Of a stretch of 64,000 bases of DNA, positions 19,475-28,795 are shown piece after piece. The position numbers and the translations under genes are program-made. Position 1 is the stretch's first letter. Every line of letters starts with the position of its first letter. The notes beneath the pieces were generated by a model, which was not told where the DNA came from, did no database searches, and saw only the letters and a program-made list of their open reading frames with translations. The stretch is from positions 288,001 through 352,000 of the forward strand of contig CAXXGJ010000002.1 of assembly GCA_963677895.2 (NCBI GenBank), given 5' to 3'. Source of the stretch: Treponemataceae bacterium. GTDB taxonomy: Bacteria > Spirochaetota > Spirochaetia > Treponematales > Rectinemataceae.

Positions 19475-21604
19475 ATGTCTATAGACCGCAAGGCTCTGGT
19501 TTCCCGTCATGACCCGGTACTCACAGGCCTGGATCCCTTCTCGCCCCTTTCTGTGGGCAACGGCGAATTCGCCTTCAGCGCCGACGCGACGGGGCTGAAG
19601 TCCTTCGCGACGATACCCGAAGGGGCGACGCCTCTCTGCACCATGGCTCAATGGGGCTGGCACTCCTACGCCCTCGCGCCGGGGGAAATCCGGGACCGCG
19701 AGCGCCTTCGCCTCGAGGAATTCGACTCGGAGGGGCGCAGTGTGGGTTACATGACGGCCTCGTCGGGCCAGGAAGAGCTCTTCACCTCGCTGCGGATCAA
19801 CCCCCATCGCCTGAATCTGGCCAGACTGGGATTCGCCGGATTGCTTCCCTCCGGGATCGGAGCTGTTTCCCAGCGCCTTAGCCTGTGGGAGGGCCTTCTC
19901 CGGAGCGAATTCACCTATCGTGGCGAGATCGTGAAGGTGATGACGGCGGTCCATCCCGCCCGCGATGTTCTTTCCTTCAGGGTTGAGTCGCGCGGATTGA
20001 GATCCGGAGCGCTGACGTTCCGGCTCGATTTTCCTTATGGATCCCATGAAATAGGCGCTTCGGATTGGGGAGCACCGGAAAAGCACTTCACCGAAGCGAT
20101 GACTGGAAAGGGCGGGGCCCTGCTTTTCCGGCGCGTTCTGGACAAAGACCGCTATTTCGTCGCTGTCCGGCTGGGACCGGATACTACGATGGAAAGGACA
20201 AGCGCGCATGAGTTTATCCTGCGCTCGTCGGGAGAGGCTCTGGAAGCATCCCTCGAGTTTTCGCCCGGCGAAATAGCCGATATGCCGCCCTCCTGGGGTG
20301 AATGTCGTTCGGCTTCTTCCCAGCATTGGGCGCGGTTCTGGGAAGGCGGCGGGGCTGTCGAACTGGCGGAAAGCGCCGATCCGAGGGCTTTCGAGCTGGA
20401 GCGGAGGATAGTCCTGTCCCGGTACCTGACGGCCATCCAATGCTCGGGCAGCCTTCCTCCCCAGGAGACGGGCCTCACCTGCAATTCCTGGTACGGCAAG
20501 TTCCATCTCGAGATGCACTACTGGCATGCCGCGCATTTTGTTCAATGGGGGAATCCCGAGCTCCTCGAGCGCAGTCTGGGCTGGTATCGAAGCGTCCTGG
20601 ATGGCGCGCGGAAGCGGGCGGCTTCCCAAGGCTACAAGGGAGCCCGTTGGCCCAAGATGACCGATCCCGGCGGCGAGGACAGCCCCTCGGCCATCGGCCC
20701 TCTGCTCTGCTGGCAGCAGCCCCATCCGATAATGTACGCGGAGCTCCTGCGGCGTTCCGGGGCCGGGCGCGAAATCCTCGAGCTTTGCGCCGAGCTGGTC
20801 TTCGAGACGGCCGAATTCATGGCCGACTACGCCCGCCCCGAGGCGCGCCTAGAGGCGCACTCCGATGGCGGGGACCGGCGCTATGTCCTGGGACCTCCCC
20901 TGATTCCCGCGCAGGAGTCCCACGCGCCCTTGGATACTCTGAACCCCACCTTCGAGCTGGAATACTGGCGCTGGGGCCTGGAGACGGCCCTCGCCTGGGC
21001 TGATGAGAGTAGCGGTCACCCCTCGCGGCGCGGCGCCTGGGCGGTCGCCGCGAGACGCTGGAAGGCTGTCCTTGCCGGGCTCGCGCACTTGCCGGTAGGT
21101 TTAAGCTCAGGCTCAGACGCTGTCTCGGACCCGGGAGCCCGCCCTGTCTACCTCGCCCATGAAAACTGCCCCGATACCTTCACGCGCTTCAACATCGACC
21201 ACCCATCCATGCTTTTCGCCCTGGGAATGTTGCCCGGCCGGTCGGTGGACAGGGCAACGATGTCGTCCACGTATGATGAGGTGCTGAGGCGCTGGGATTT
21301 CGAAACCTGCTGGGGCTGGGATTTTCCCGCCATGGCCATGACGGCGGCGAGGCTGGGACGGCCCAAGGACGCCGTGGACATCCTTCTCATGGATACGCCT
21401 AAGAATACCTGGCGCCCCAATGGCCACAACGCGCAAGGCAAAGACGCGCGCCTTCCCCTCTATCTCCCTGGCAACGGCGCCCTTCTCCTCGCGGTCGGCC
21501 TGATGGCCGCGGGTTGGGATGGCTCGGGCGACAAGCCCGCGCCGGGCTTTCCCGACGACGGGTCGTGGAAGGTCAGCGTCGAGGGGATCGCGAGGCTTCC
21601 ATAA
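19475..21604 (+). CDS. GH65/GH95-like (alpha/alpha)6-barrel glycoside hydrolase of uncertain specificity
   Basis: LSVGNGEFAF..D.TG, ELERRIVLS.YL, PPQETGL..NSWYGKFHLEM..WH, LCWQQPHP, WGWDFP, YLPGNG. Confidence 0.65.
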   Translation: MSIDRKALVSRHDPVLTGLDPFSPLSVGNGEFAFSADATGLKSFATIPEGATPLCTMAQWGWHSYALAPGEIRDRERLRLEEFDSEGRSVGYMTASSGQEELFTSLRINPHRLNLARLGFAGLLPSGIGAVSQRLSLWEGLLRSEFTYRGEIVKVMTAVHPARDVLSFRVESRGLRSGALTFRLDFPYGSHEIGASDWGAPEKHFTEAMTGKGGALLFRRVLDKDRYFVAVRLGPDTTMERTSAHEFILRSSGEALEASLEFSPGEIADMPPSWGECRSASSQHWARFWEGGGAVELAESADPRAFELERRIVLSRYLTAIQCSGSLPPQETGLTCNSWYGKFHLEMHYWHAAHFVQWGNPELLERSLGWYRSVLDGARKRAASQGYKGARWPKMTDPGGEDSPSAIGPLLCWQQPHPIMYAELLRRSGAGREILELCAELVFETAEFMADYARPEARLEAHSDGGDRRYVLGPPLIPAQESHAPLDTLNPTFELEYWRWGLETALAWADESSGHPSRRGAWAVAARRWKAVLAGLAHLPVGLSSGSDAVSDPGARPVYLAHENCPDTFTRFNIDHPSMLFALGMLPGRSVDRATMSSTYDEVLRRWDFETCWGWDFPAMAMTAARLGRPKDAVDILLMDTPKNTWRPNGHNAQGKDARLPLYLPGNGALLLAVGLMAAGWDGSGDKPAPGFPDDGSWKVSVEGIARLP

Positions 21605-21673
21605 CAGCGCGGCTTCCATAACCGCGAAGTTTTTAGGCTCGGCCTCACCGCGACATTCGGCATTGTCCTCAAT

Positions 21674-23047
21674 CTATCGGATCTGCTTTCCTCCGACCCA
21701 TACCGACGCGATGTTGGGCCGGGTCGTGGTGTAGACGATCTTCTGCAGTATTTTTTCGCCCGTGTCGAGATCGTCCCAGAGCCGGATCGAGCCCTCAGGC
21801 GCCCTTGTGTCCACGGCGATGGCGTCGAAGTGGAAGCCGGGGGTAAAGTTGCCTATCGGAAGATCGAGGGCGATGCCGCCTCCTGTCGTCGCGATGTAGA
21901 AGGCGTCGCGGAAATCGACCCTGCTGAAGGGCCGGCCGCGTCGTTCCTCCGGCGGGAACCTCGCGTCGTTGCCTGTCTCGAGCATGCGGGAGGCGGCGAT
22001 CGACTCCCGCATCGCCTCGAACATGGAGCTGGACGGCCCGCCCGAGACGTCGGTGCCGAGGGCCACATGCAAGCCACGCTCAAGGGCCGCGCGCAGCGGA
22101 AACACGGCGCTCGAGAAGTAGGCGTTCGACAGGGGGCAGTGCGAGACCGCCGATCCGCGGGCCTTGAAAATGTCCATGTCGCCCGAGGTGAGGTGGGGGG
22201 CGTGGCCGAGCACGCTCTTACGGCCGAGGAAGCCGAAGCTGTCCAGGGTCTCCGTTCCCGTCATGCCGAAACGCTCGATCACGAAACGATGTTCCCAATC
22301 GCCCTCCGAGCAGTGCGTCTGCACATGACAGCCGAGCTCCTTCGCCAGGGCTCCCAGGCCCTTCAGGGAAGCGTCCGTACAGGAGGGGATGAATCGCGGC
22401 GACACCACGGCTAGGACCCTTCCCTCGGCGTTGTCGGGATTCGCCTTTACATAGTCGAAGAGGTCGGCCGTCCCACGGATGGCCTCGTCCGCTGAGGCGT
22501 CCCGATAGTAGTCGGGGCACTGCTCCCTGTGGTCCATCGCGACCTTCCCGACGAGAGCCCTCTGCCCTTTTTCCAGACAAATATCCGCGAGAATCCTGGT
22601 GGCGTCCTGGTGGATCGTGGCGTAGTAGAGGGCCGTCGTCGTGCCGATGGCGATGAGGTCGTCGACGAGAAGGGAATAGGTCGCCCGCGCGAAGGCTATG
22701 TCCGCGTAGCGGGCTTCGAGGGGGAAAGTGTACTTGTTCAGCCATACCTCAAGGGGTACGTCAAGGGCTTGTCCGAGCTGCGGGTACTGGGGGGCGTGCA
22801 CATGGGTATCGATAAGCCCGGGCAGGAGGTAAGTCCCTTCGGGAAGCCTGACGAGGGTCCCGCCATCCTGGGCCGATCGCCGCCTCGCTTCGTAGCCGGG
22901 ATCGCCCGGCCTGAGGAGAGATTCGATCATGCCGTCCTTGTCGATCGCGATGAGCGCGTCAGCGAACACGTCGACGGCCTCGCGGCGCGGCATGTGGAAG
23001 CCGTTCGCCAGGATCGTCTTGCCTCTCAGGTGATTCATGGAAGTCAT
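21674..23047 (-). CDS. guaD: Guanine deaminase
   Basis: PGLIDTHVHAPQYP, WL.KYTFPLE, PRFIPSCT, QTHCSE, HCPLSN, LGTDVSGG; GGAGG RBS. Confidence 0.9.
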   Translation of the reverse strand: MTSMNHLRGKTILANGFHMPRREAVDVFADALIAIDKDGMIESLLRPGDPGYEARRRSAQDGGTLVRLPEGTYLLPGLIDTHVHAPQYPQLGQALDVPLEVWLNKYTFPLEARYADIAFARATYSLLVDDLIAIGTTTALYYATIHQDATRILADICLEKGQRALVGKVAMDHREQCPDYYRDASADEAIRGTADLFDYVKANPDNAEGRVLAVVSPRFIPSCTDASLKGLGALAKELGCHVQTHCSEGDWEHRFVIERFGMTGTETLDSFGFLGRKSVLGHAPHLTSGDMDIFKARGSAVSHCPLSNAYFSSAVFPLRAALERGLHVALGTDVSGGPSSSMFEAMRESIAASRMLETGNDARFPPEERRGRPFSRVDFRDAFYIATTGGGIALDLPIGNFTPGFHFDAIAVDTRAPEGSIRLWDDLDTGEKILQKIVYTTTRPNIASVWVGGKQIR

Positions 23048-23069
23048 GGTACGCCTCCGATTCGGCCCG

Positions 23070-24083
23070 TTATTGTCGTTCCCGGACAAGGCCATGCCGG
23101 TCAAAGTCTCGCGCCTTCGCCGCGCGATGGCAGGCCACGCGATGGCCCGGCGCCACTTCAACCAGCCCCGGCTCTTCGGCCTCGCAGTTAACCCCAACCA
23201 CGGGGCAGCGCGTGTGGAACCTGCAGCCATTCGGCGGATTCGACGCCGAGGGCAGGCTTCCTGAAAGGATTATCCTGGCCGTTTCCCGCCTGGGATGGTC
23301 CCTCGGAACGGACGAAAGCAGGGCCTGCGAGTAGGGATGCAGGGGTCCGGCGAAGAATCGCGCCGTGTCGGTTTCCTCGACGAGCTTGCCGAGATACATC
23401 ACCGCTATCCTGTCAGTCACGGTGCGCACCACCGCGAGATCGTGCGAAATGAAGAGATAGGTGAGGGAATACTCGGCCTGCAGGTCCTGGAGGAGGTTCA
23501 GGATCTGGGCCTGGATGCTCACGTCCAGGGCGCTCACGGGCTCATCGGCGACGATGAAGCGGGGTTTCGTCACGAGAGCTCGCGCGATGACGATCCTCTG
23601 TCGCTGGCCTCCCGAGAACTCGCTGGGGAAGCGGCGCGCCGAGCCTTCGGGGATCCCGCAGCGGTCAAGGATCTTCCGCGCCTGGGCAGCCGCCTCCGCC
23701 CCGGAAGCGAGGTGGTGCACGATGAGGGGCTCGGCGACGATGTCCTGGACGCGCATGCGCGGGTTCAGCGAGCTGTAGGGGTCCTGGAAGATCATCTGCA
23801 TCTCGCGCCTCATGGACCGCATCTCGACGCGGGAAGCGGCCATCACGTCGCGGCCGCCGAAACGGATCGTTCCGCCCGTAGGCTCGACGAGACGGAGGAT
23901 GGAGCGCCCCGTCGTCGACTTGCCGCAGCCCGACTCCCCGACGAGAGCGTAGCTTTCCCCGGAGGCTATCGAGAAACTGACGCCGTCCACGGCGCGGACA
24001 TCAGGCCTTTTCTCGCCGAAGAGCTGGCGGTGGCCGCGGAAGTATGTGCGAAGATTCTCTATCTCGACGAGTGGCGCGCTCAT
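23070..24083 (-). CDS. Peptide-type ABC transporter ATP-binding subunit (OppF/DppF-like)
   Basis: GESGCGKST, FSGGQRQR, DEPVSALDV, HPYSQALL, GCRFHTRC. Confidence 0.92.
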   Translation of the reverse strand: MSAPLVEIENLRTYFRGHRQLFGEKRPDVRAVDGVSFSIASGESYALVGESGCGKSTTGRSILRLVEPTGGTIRFGGRDVMAASRVEMRSMRREMQMIFQDPYSSLNPRMRVQDIVAEPLIVHHLASGAEAAAQARKILDRCGIPEGSARRFPSEFSGGQRQRIVIARALVTKPRFIVADEPVSALDVSIQAQILNLLQDLQAEYSLTYLFISHDLAVVRTVTDRIAVMYLGKLVEETDTARFFAGPLHPYSQALLSSVPRDHPRRETARIILSGSLPSASNPPNGCRFHTRCPVVGVNCEAEEPGLVEVAPGHRVACHRAAKARDFDRHGLVRERQ

Positions 24084-25126
24084 GATTTCTCTCCATGGAG
24101 CCAGCAGGCGACCTCCTGGTCGGGCCCGAGGAAAGACCTGGCCGGCCGGGCGCGCGTACAGATGTCAAGGGCGCGGCCGCATCGAGGGTGGAAGGGGCAG
24201 CCCGCGGGGCGGGATTCCAGCGAAGGCACCTGCCCCGGAATGGCGCGCAGCCTCGAGCGCTCCCTGTCCAGCGCTGGCCGCGCCTCGAGCAGGGCCTGAG
24301 TGTAAGGATGGGCGGGCGCGTCGAAAAGCCGCTCCACTTCCGTGCGTTCCATGACTTGTCCGCCGTACATCACCATCACCTCGTCAGCGATCTCGGCGAT
24401 GACGCCGAGGTTGTGCGAGATGAAGAGCACGGCTATCCCCCGCTCTCGCTGGAGTTGCTTGAGCAGCTCCAGGATCTGGGCCTGGATGGTGACGTCGAGG
24501 GCCGTGGTCGGCTCGTCGGCTATCAGTAGCTCGGGATCCGGAGCCAGGGCCATGGCGATCATCGCCCGCTGCCGCATTCCGCCGGAGAACTGGAAGGGAT
24601 ATTCGTCGCAGGCCAAATCGGGCCGCGGGATGCCCACCGTGGCGAGCAGTTCCACCGCCCGCGCCCTGGCCTGTTTGGGGCCGAGCCCCGAGTGCTGGCG
24701 GACGCTCTCCGCGATCTGGTTCCCGATCGTGTAGAGGGGATCGAACGATGTCAGGGGCTCCTGGAATATCATGCCTATCCGGCGTCCGCGCACGCCGCGC
24801 AGCTCGCGTTCGGAAAGAGCGCACAGGTCCATGCCGCCCAGGAGCGCTTCCCCGGCCTCGATCCTGGCCTTACTCGGCAAAAGCCCCAGGAGGCTCAGCG
24901 CGAGCATGGACTTGCCCGAACCGGACTCGCCCACGATGCCGAGGACGGCCCCGCTCTCGAGGACGAAGCTTACATCGTCCACGGCGGGGAACGTCCCTCG
25001 GGCCGTGTCTATTACGGTCCGCAGGTTGCGCACCTCGAGGAGGGGCTTCGGCGACGCGCCGCTCACCAAGCCGCTCGCCGTGCCGCCCACCTTGCCGTTC
25101 ACCTTGCCGTTCACCTTGCCGCTCAT
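24080..25126 (-). CDS. Peptide-type ABC transporter ATP-binding subunit (OppD/DppD-like)
   Basis: GESGSGKS, FSGGMRQR, DEPTTALDV, HPYTQALL, GCPFHPRC; ATGA overlap. Confidence 0.92.
   Translation of the reverse strand: MSGKVNGKVNGKVGGTASGLVSGASPKPLLEVRNLRTVIDTARGTFPAVDDVSFVLESGAVLGIVGESGSGKSMLALSLLGLLPSKARIEAGEALLGGMDLCALSERELRGVRGRRIGMIFQEPLTSFDPLYTIGNQIAESVRQHSGLGPKQARARAVELLATVGIPRPDLACDEYPFQFSGGMRQRAMIAMALAPDPELLIADEPTTALDVTIQAQILELLKQLQRERGIAVLFISHNLGVIAEIADEVMVMYGGQVMERTEVERLFDAPAHPYTQALLEARPALDRERSRLRAIPGQVPSLESRPAGCPFHPRCGRALDICTRARPARSFLGPDQEVACWLHGEKS
25088..25123 (-). repeat. 12-bp tandem repeat x3 encoding (S/N)GKV at the OppD N-terminus
   Basis: Plus strand reads CACCTTGCCGTT CACCTTGCCGTT CACCTTGCCGCT. 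Confidence 0.8.
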
Positions 25127-26034
25127 CTCGCGCCCTCGCCGCTCGGGTCGTAATAGTCGCGCAGGAAGTCTCCCGCGATGTTGATCGCCAGGATTATCGC
25201 CATCAGGGCGAGGCCGGGAAAGACCACGATCCACCATGCGGCGAAAAAGGTCTGCTGAGCGTCGCTAAGAATGCCGCCGAGGGTGGGCGTGGGCGGCGGA
25301 ACGCCAAGCCCGAGAAAACTGAGCGTCGCCTCGGAGATGATCATCTGCCCCATGGTGAGCGTCGCGTTGACGAGGATGATCCCGCTGGTCTGGGGGAGGA
25401 TATGGCGGAAGAGTATCCGCGTTCCGCCGCAGCCTATGGAGTGCGCCGCCTCGATGAAGCTGTATTCCTTGATCCTGAGTACCTCGCCCCGCACCAGCTT
25501 GGCGAAGGTCACCCAGCCGGTGAGGCCGAGCACGAGGGCCACGTTGGTGAGGCCCGGCCCGATGGCCGCCACCACCGCTATCGCCAGGACGACGAAGGGC
25601 AGGGAGAGGAGGGCATCCACAATCCGCATGATGACGCTGTCCACGATGCCGCCCGCGTATCCCGCGACAAGCCCCAGGCAGACGCCCACCACCGTGGCGA
25701 TGACGACGGCCAGGAAGGAAACCGCGAGCGAGATCCGGATCGCCAGGATGACGCGGGAGGCGAGGTCACGTCCCAGGGCGTCGGTTCCCATGAGGGCTGG
25801 CATGGTCGCCTGGCTTCCGGGGAAACTGTCGACCTTGAGGCTCGGCGGCATGAGGGAGCTCATGAGGTTCTGCTTGAGGGGATCGACGGGGTAGACCGAG
25901 GCGAAGACGGCCGCGATGACGGCCAGGGCCAGCACCACATGGGCGGCGAGCGCGAGAGGGTGCCGCAGGAGGGTCGCGAAGTACCGCCGCCTCAGGGGAG
26001 GGGCTTCCTCCCGAACTTCCGCCCGAACTTCCAT
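25123..26034 (-). CDS. Peptide-type ABC permease (OppC/DppC-like)
   Basis: MGTDALGRD, IEAAHSIG, LSFLGLG..PP.P..G; start at TAATG overlap (alternative ATG at 26043). Confidence 0.9.
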   Translation of the reverse strand: MEVRAEVREEAPPLRRRYFATLLRHPLALAAHVVLALAVIAAVFASVYPVDPLKQNLMSSLMPPSLKVDSFPGSQATMPALMGTDALGRDLASRVILAIRISLAVSFLAVVIATVVGVCLGLVAGYAGGIVDSVIMRIVDALLSLPFVVLAIAVVAAIGPGLTNVALVLGLTGWVTFAKLVRGEVLRIKEYSFIEAAHSIGCGGTRILFRHILPQTSGIILVNATLTMGQMIISEATLSFLGLGVPPPTPTLGGILSDAQQTFFAAWWIVVFPGLALMAIILAINIAGDFLRDYYDPSGEGAR

Positions 26035-26954
26035 TATTTCCATATTCGTACCCGCGGATCGACGATGCCATAGGCCAGGTCGAGAACCATGCTGAAGGCT
26101 AAAATGAAGAGGGCGATGAAGAAGGTGGCGGCGATGACGACGGGATAATCGCGCCCGTAGGCGGCCTGGGCCAGCAGCTGCCCGACGCCGGGCCAGCCGA
26201 AGACGGATTCCACGACCACCGACCCGCCGATGACGAAGCGCATCTGCAGGGTCAGCTGCGTCAGCACGGGGATGGAGGCGTTCCTGAGGACGTGCTTGAA
26301 CAGCACGAGGCGCTCGTTGAGGCCTTTCGACCTGACCACCGTCACGAAGGGCTGCTGCAGAACTTCCAGCATGCTCGCCCTCGTCACCCTGACGATGCCC
26401 GCCAGGAGGAAGATGGCTATGGAGACGCTGGGGAGGACGAGATGGGCGAGGGTGCCGTAGCCTGATGGCGGCAGGATGGGGATCATCACGCCGAAGACGA
26501 AGATGAGGAGGAGGGCTATCCAGAAGACGGGCATGGATTGTCCCACCATGCTCACCAGCACGGCGGCCGTATCGGCTGCTTTACCGCGCTTCACGGCGGC
26601 CAGCATGCCTAAGGGGATGCCGAAGATCGTGGCGAGAGCCAGGGCGGTAAAGGCCAAAAGGAGGGTTGCCGGTAGCCTTTGCAGCACCATCCGGAGGGCT
26701 GGCTGTTGGGTGTTGATCGAGTCGCCGAACCTCAGGCGCGAGACCTGCGATAGAAAATCCCCGTATCGCAGGACAAGCGGCTTGTCGAAACCGAAGGCTG
26801 TGCGCAGTTCGGCCACTTCCTCTTCGGAGGCCGTGGGCGACGCCATCATCCTGATAGGATCTCCCGAGAGGTTCAGAACGAGGAATACCACCGACACGAT
26901 GACGAGGATCGTTATAACGCTCTCCACGACCCTGCGCAGCACGAATCTAAACAC
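26034..26954 (-). CDS. Peptide-type ABC permease (OppB/DppB-like)
   Basis: GDP, RLPATL.L, SMPVFW, RSKGL, HVLRNA, VESVFGWPGVG, DPRVR. Confidence 0.9.
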   Translation of the reverse strand: MFRFVLRRVVESVITILVIVSVVFLVLNLSGDPIRMMASPTASEEEVAELRTAFGFDKPLVLRYGDFLSQVSRLRFGDSINTQQPALRMVLQRLPATLLLAFTALALATIFGIPLGMLAAVKRGKAADTAAVLVSMVGQSMPVFWIALLLIFVFGVMIPILPPSGYGTLAHLVLPSVSIAIFLLAGIVRVTRASMLEVLQQPFVTVVRSKGLNERLVLFKHVLRNASIPVLTQLTLQMRFVIGGSVVVESVFGWPGVGQLLAQAAYGRDYPVVIAATFFIALFILAFSMVLDLAYGIVDPRVRIWK

Positions 26955-28764
26955 GGTCGGCCGCCTCCGGGAAACAGGATATCAGGGTACCTTTTTCGGT
27001 GTCGAAAAGCCCGCGGTCCGTGATGCGGAAGAAGGGCGCGACCTCCATTCCCAGCCAGAAAAGGAAGAAGAGCGGCTGGTTCCAGGTGGCTCCGCCTGAG
27101 CGCAGCCTTCGTTCCAGGTCCTCGATCCGGGCCACGGTTTCCTCGAGGGGCAGGTCGGACATGAGCCCCGCCACGGGAAGCGGAAGCTCGGCGGTCACCC
27201 GGCCTTTCTCCACGAGGACGATGCCTCCCTGCAGCTCGATCACGCGATTGGCCGCCTGGATCAGGTCGGCCTTCCGCCGGCCGAGGGCGATGACGCTGTG
27301 GTGGTCATGGGCCTGGCTGACGGCTATGCCGCCCTCGCGCAGTCCGTAATTTCGCAGGAAGCCCTTTCCGAGAAGCTCCTCATGCCGCCTGTTGGCGCAG
27401 ATGAGATAGGAAAGGTTCTCGTCCGAACCGGGAAGATCGACGTCGCCCCCGCTGACCGGCACCCTCGTCTCGACGAGGCGGGTGAAACGGGTGGCCTCTT
27501 CCAGCTCTATAGCCCTGATGAGGGCCGTGTCGCCGCCATAGCCTTCAGGCAGGAAGCGGAGATCGGCCTCGGTGATCGGGGAACGGAGGATGGTCCGCGT
27601 CAGCCGGTGTGAGTAGGCGTGCCGGGAGGCTTGCGCTTCAGGTCGGGGGCTGGGGCTTCCGTAGCCGTCAATAGGTTTGCCCGAGGCGAAGGTGCCTTCG
27701 AGCCTCAGGGAGTCGGGGGAATCGAAGACGAGGATGTCGGCGTAGGCGCCGGGGCGCAGGGCGCCGATGAGCTCCCCGAGTCGGTAGTGTTCAGCCACGT
27801 TGCTGGAGACCATGCGCAGCGCGTCAGGCACTGAAATTCCGGCCTTGATCGCGAGCCGCACCTTCTTCAGCATGTAGCTTTCAGGCTTCATGTGGGTGAT
27901 CAGGATGTCGTCGGTCACGAGCCCCACCCGGGCGGTGGGCAGGCCTTCGCGCGGCAGGACCTCGACGAGGCTTTCCACCTCGCGGGTTATCGTGCCGTTC
28001 CGGAGCATGACGAAGATACCTTTCCTTATCTTCTCCGCCACCTCGTCCTGCCTGCGCGGCTCGTGATCCGAGCTCAGGCCCACAGCGAGGCAGGCGTCGA
28101 GCTCGGCGCCGCGGATATGGAAGAGGTGACCTTCCGGCGTCCGCCGGTTCTTCACCGCGTGGGTGATAAGGGAAAAAGCGCTGGGCCTGCCCTCCGCGAG
28201 AAACTTCACGATCTCCTGGCCGTTGACTTCCGCGAGGCCGACCGTATCGGGCTCCCGCAGCAGCGTGAGGGCTTCGACCTGGGTGAGGGTGCTCAAGGTG
28301 TGCTGGACCTCGGGGAGGAAGGGAAGCTCCATCGGGGTCATGAAGAGGACTTTCAGGTCGGTGCCGCGCAGGGCCTCGAGCATTTCCCTTAAGCCCGGCT
28401 CCCCAGCTATCGCGCCGACCTCGTGGAAGTCGGTGAAGATCGAGGTGACCCCGCAGCGGAGCGCGGCCTCGGCGAAATGAGGGGGATCGGCGAGGGAGCT
28501 TTCGACATGGATGTGCCCTTCGACAAAGCCGGGCGCGAGGAACTTGCCGCCGACATCGATCACCCTCGTCGCGAAAAGGCAGGGCTCCTCGGTGATCCTG
28601 GCGATGAGCCGGCCCTTGATCCAGATATCGCCCGCGAGCGTTTCCCCCGTGAAGACATTGAGATACCTGCCTCCGCGGAGGATGAGGTCGGGCGGCTCTA
28701 TCCCTAGAGCCGCCCGACCCGTCGCGAAGCGCTCGCCGTCATCGGGGAAAAAACCCTTGTGCAT
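26947..28764 (-). CDS. ade: Adenine deaminase (divergent)
   Basis: PGFVEGHIHVESS, D.HE, SDHE, TDD, AHD.H, LP.AGLMS, RITDRGLFD. Confidence 0.78.
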   Translation of the reverse strand: MHKGFFPDDGERFATGRAALGIEPPDLILRGGRYLNVFTGETLAGDIWIKGRLIARITEEPCLFATRVIDVGGKFLAPGFVEGHIHVESSLADPPHFAEAALRCGVTSIFTDFHEVGAIAGEPGLREMLEALRGTDLKVLFMTPMELPFLPEVQHTLSTLTQVEALTLLREPDTVGLAEVNGQEIVKFLAEGRPSAFSLITHAVKNRRTPEGHLFHIRGAELDACLAVGLSSDHEPRRQDEVAEKIRKGIFVMLRNGTITREVESLVEVLPREGLPTARVGLVTDDILITHMKPESYMLKKVRLAIKAGISVPDALRMVSSNVAEHYRLGELIGALRPGAYADILVFDSPDSLRLEGTFASGKPIDGYGSPSPRPEAQASRHAYSHRLTRTILRSPITEADLRFLPEGYGGDTALIRAIELEEATRFTRLVETRVPVSGGDVDLPGSDENLSYLICANRRHEELLGKGFLRNYGLREGGIAVSQAHDHHSVIALGRRKADLIQAANRVIELQGGIVLVEKGRVTAELPLPVAGLMSDLPLEETVARIEDLERRLRSGGATWNQPLFFLFWLGMEVAPFFRITDRGLFDTEKGTLISCFPEAADRV

Positions 28765-28795
28765 CCCTCTGCCGCCCCCAGCGCTATCAGCGCTC

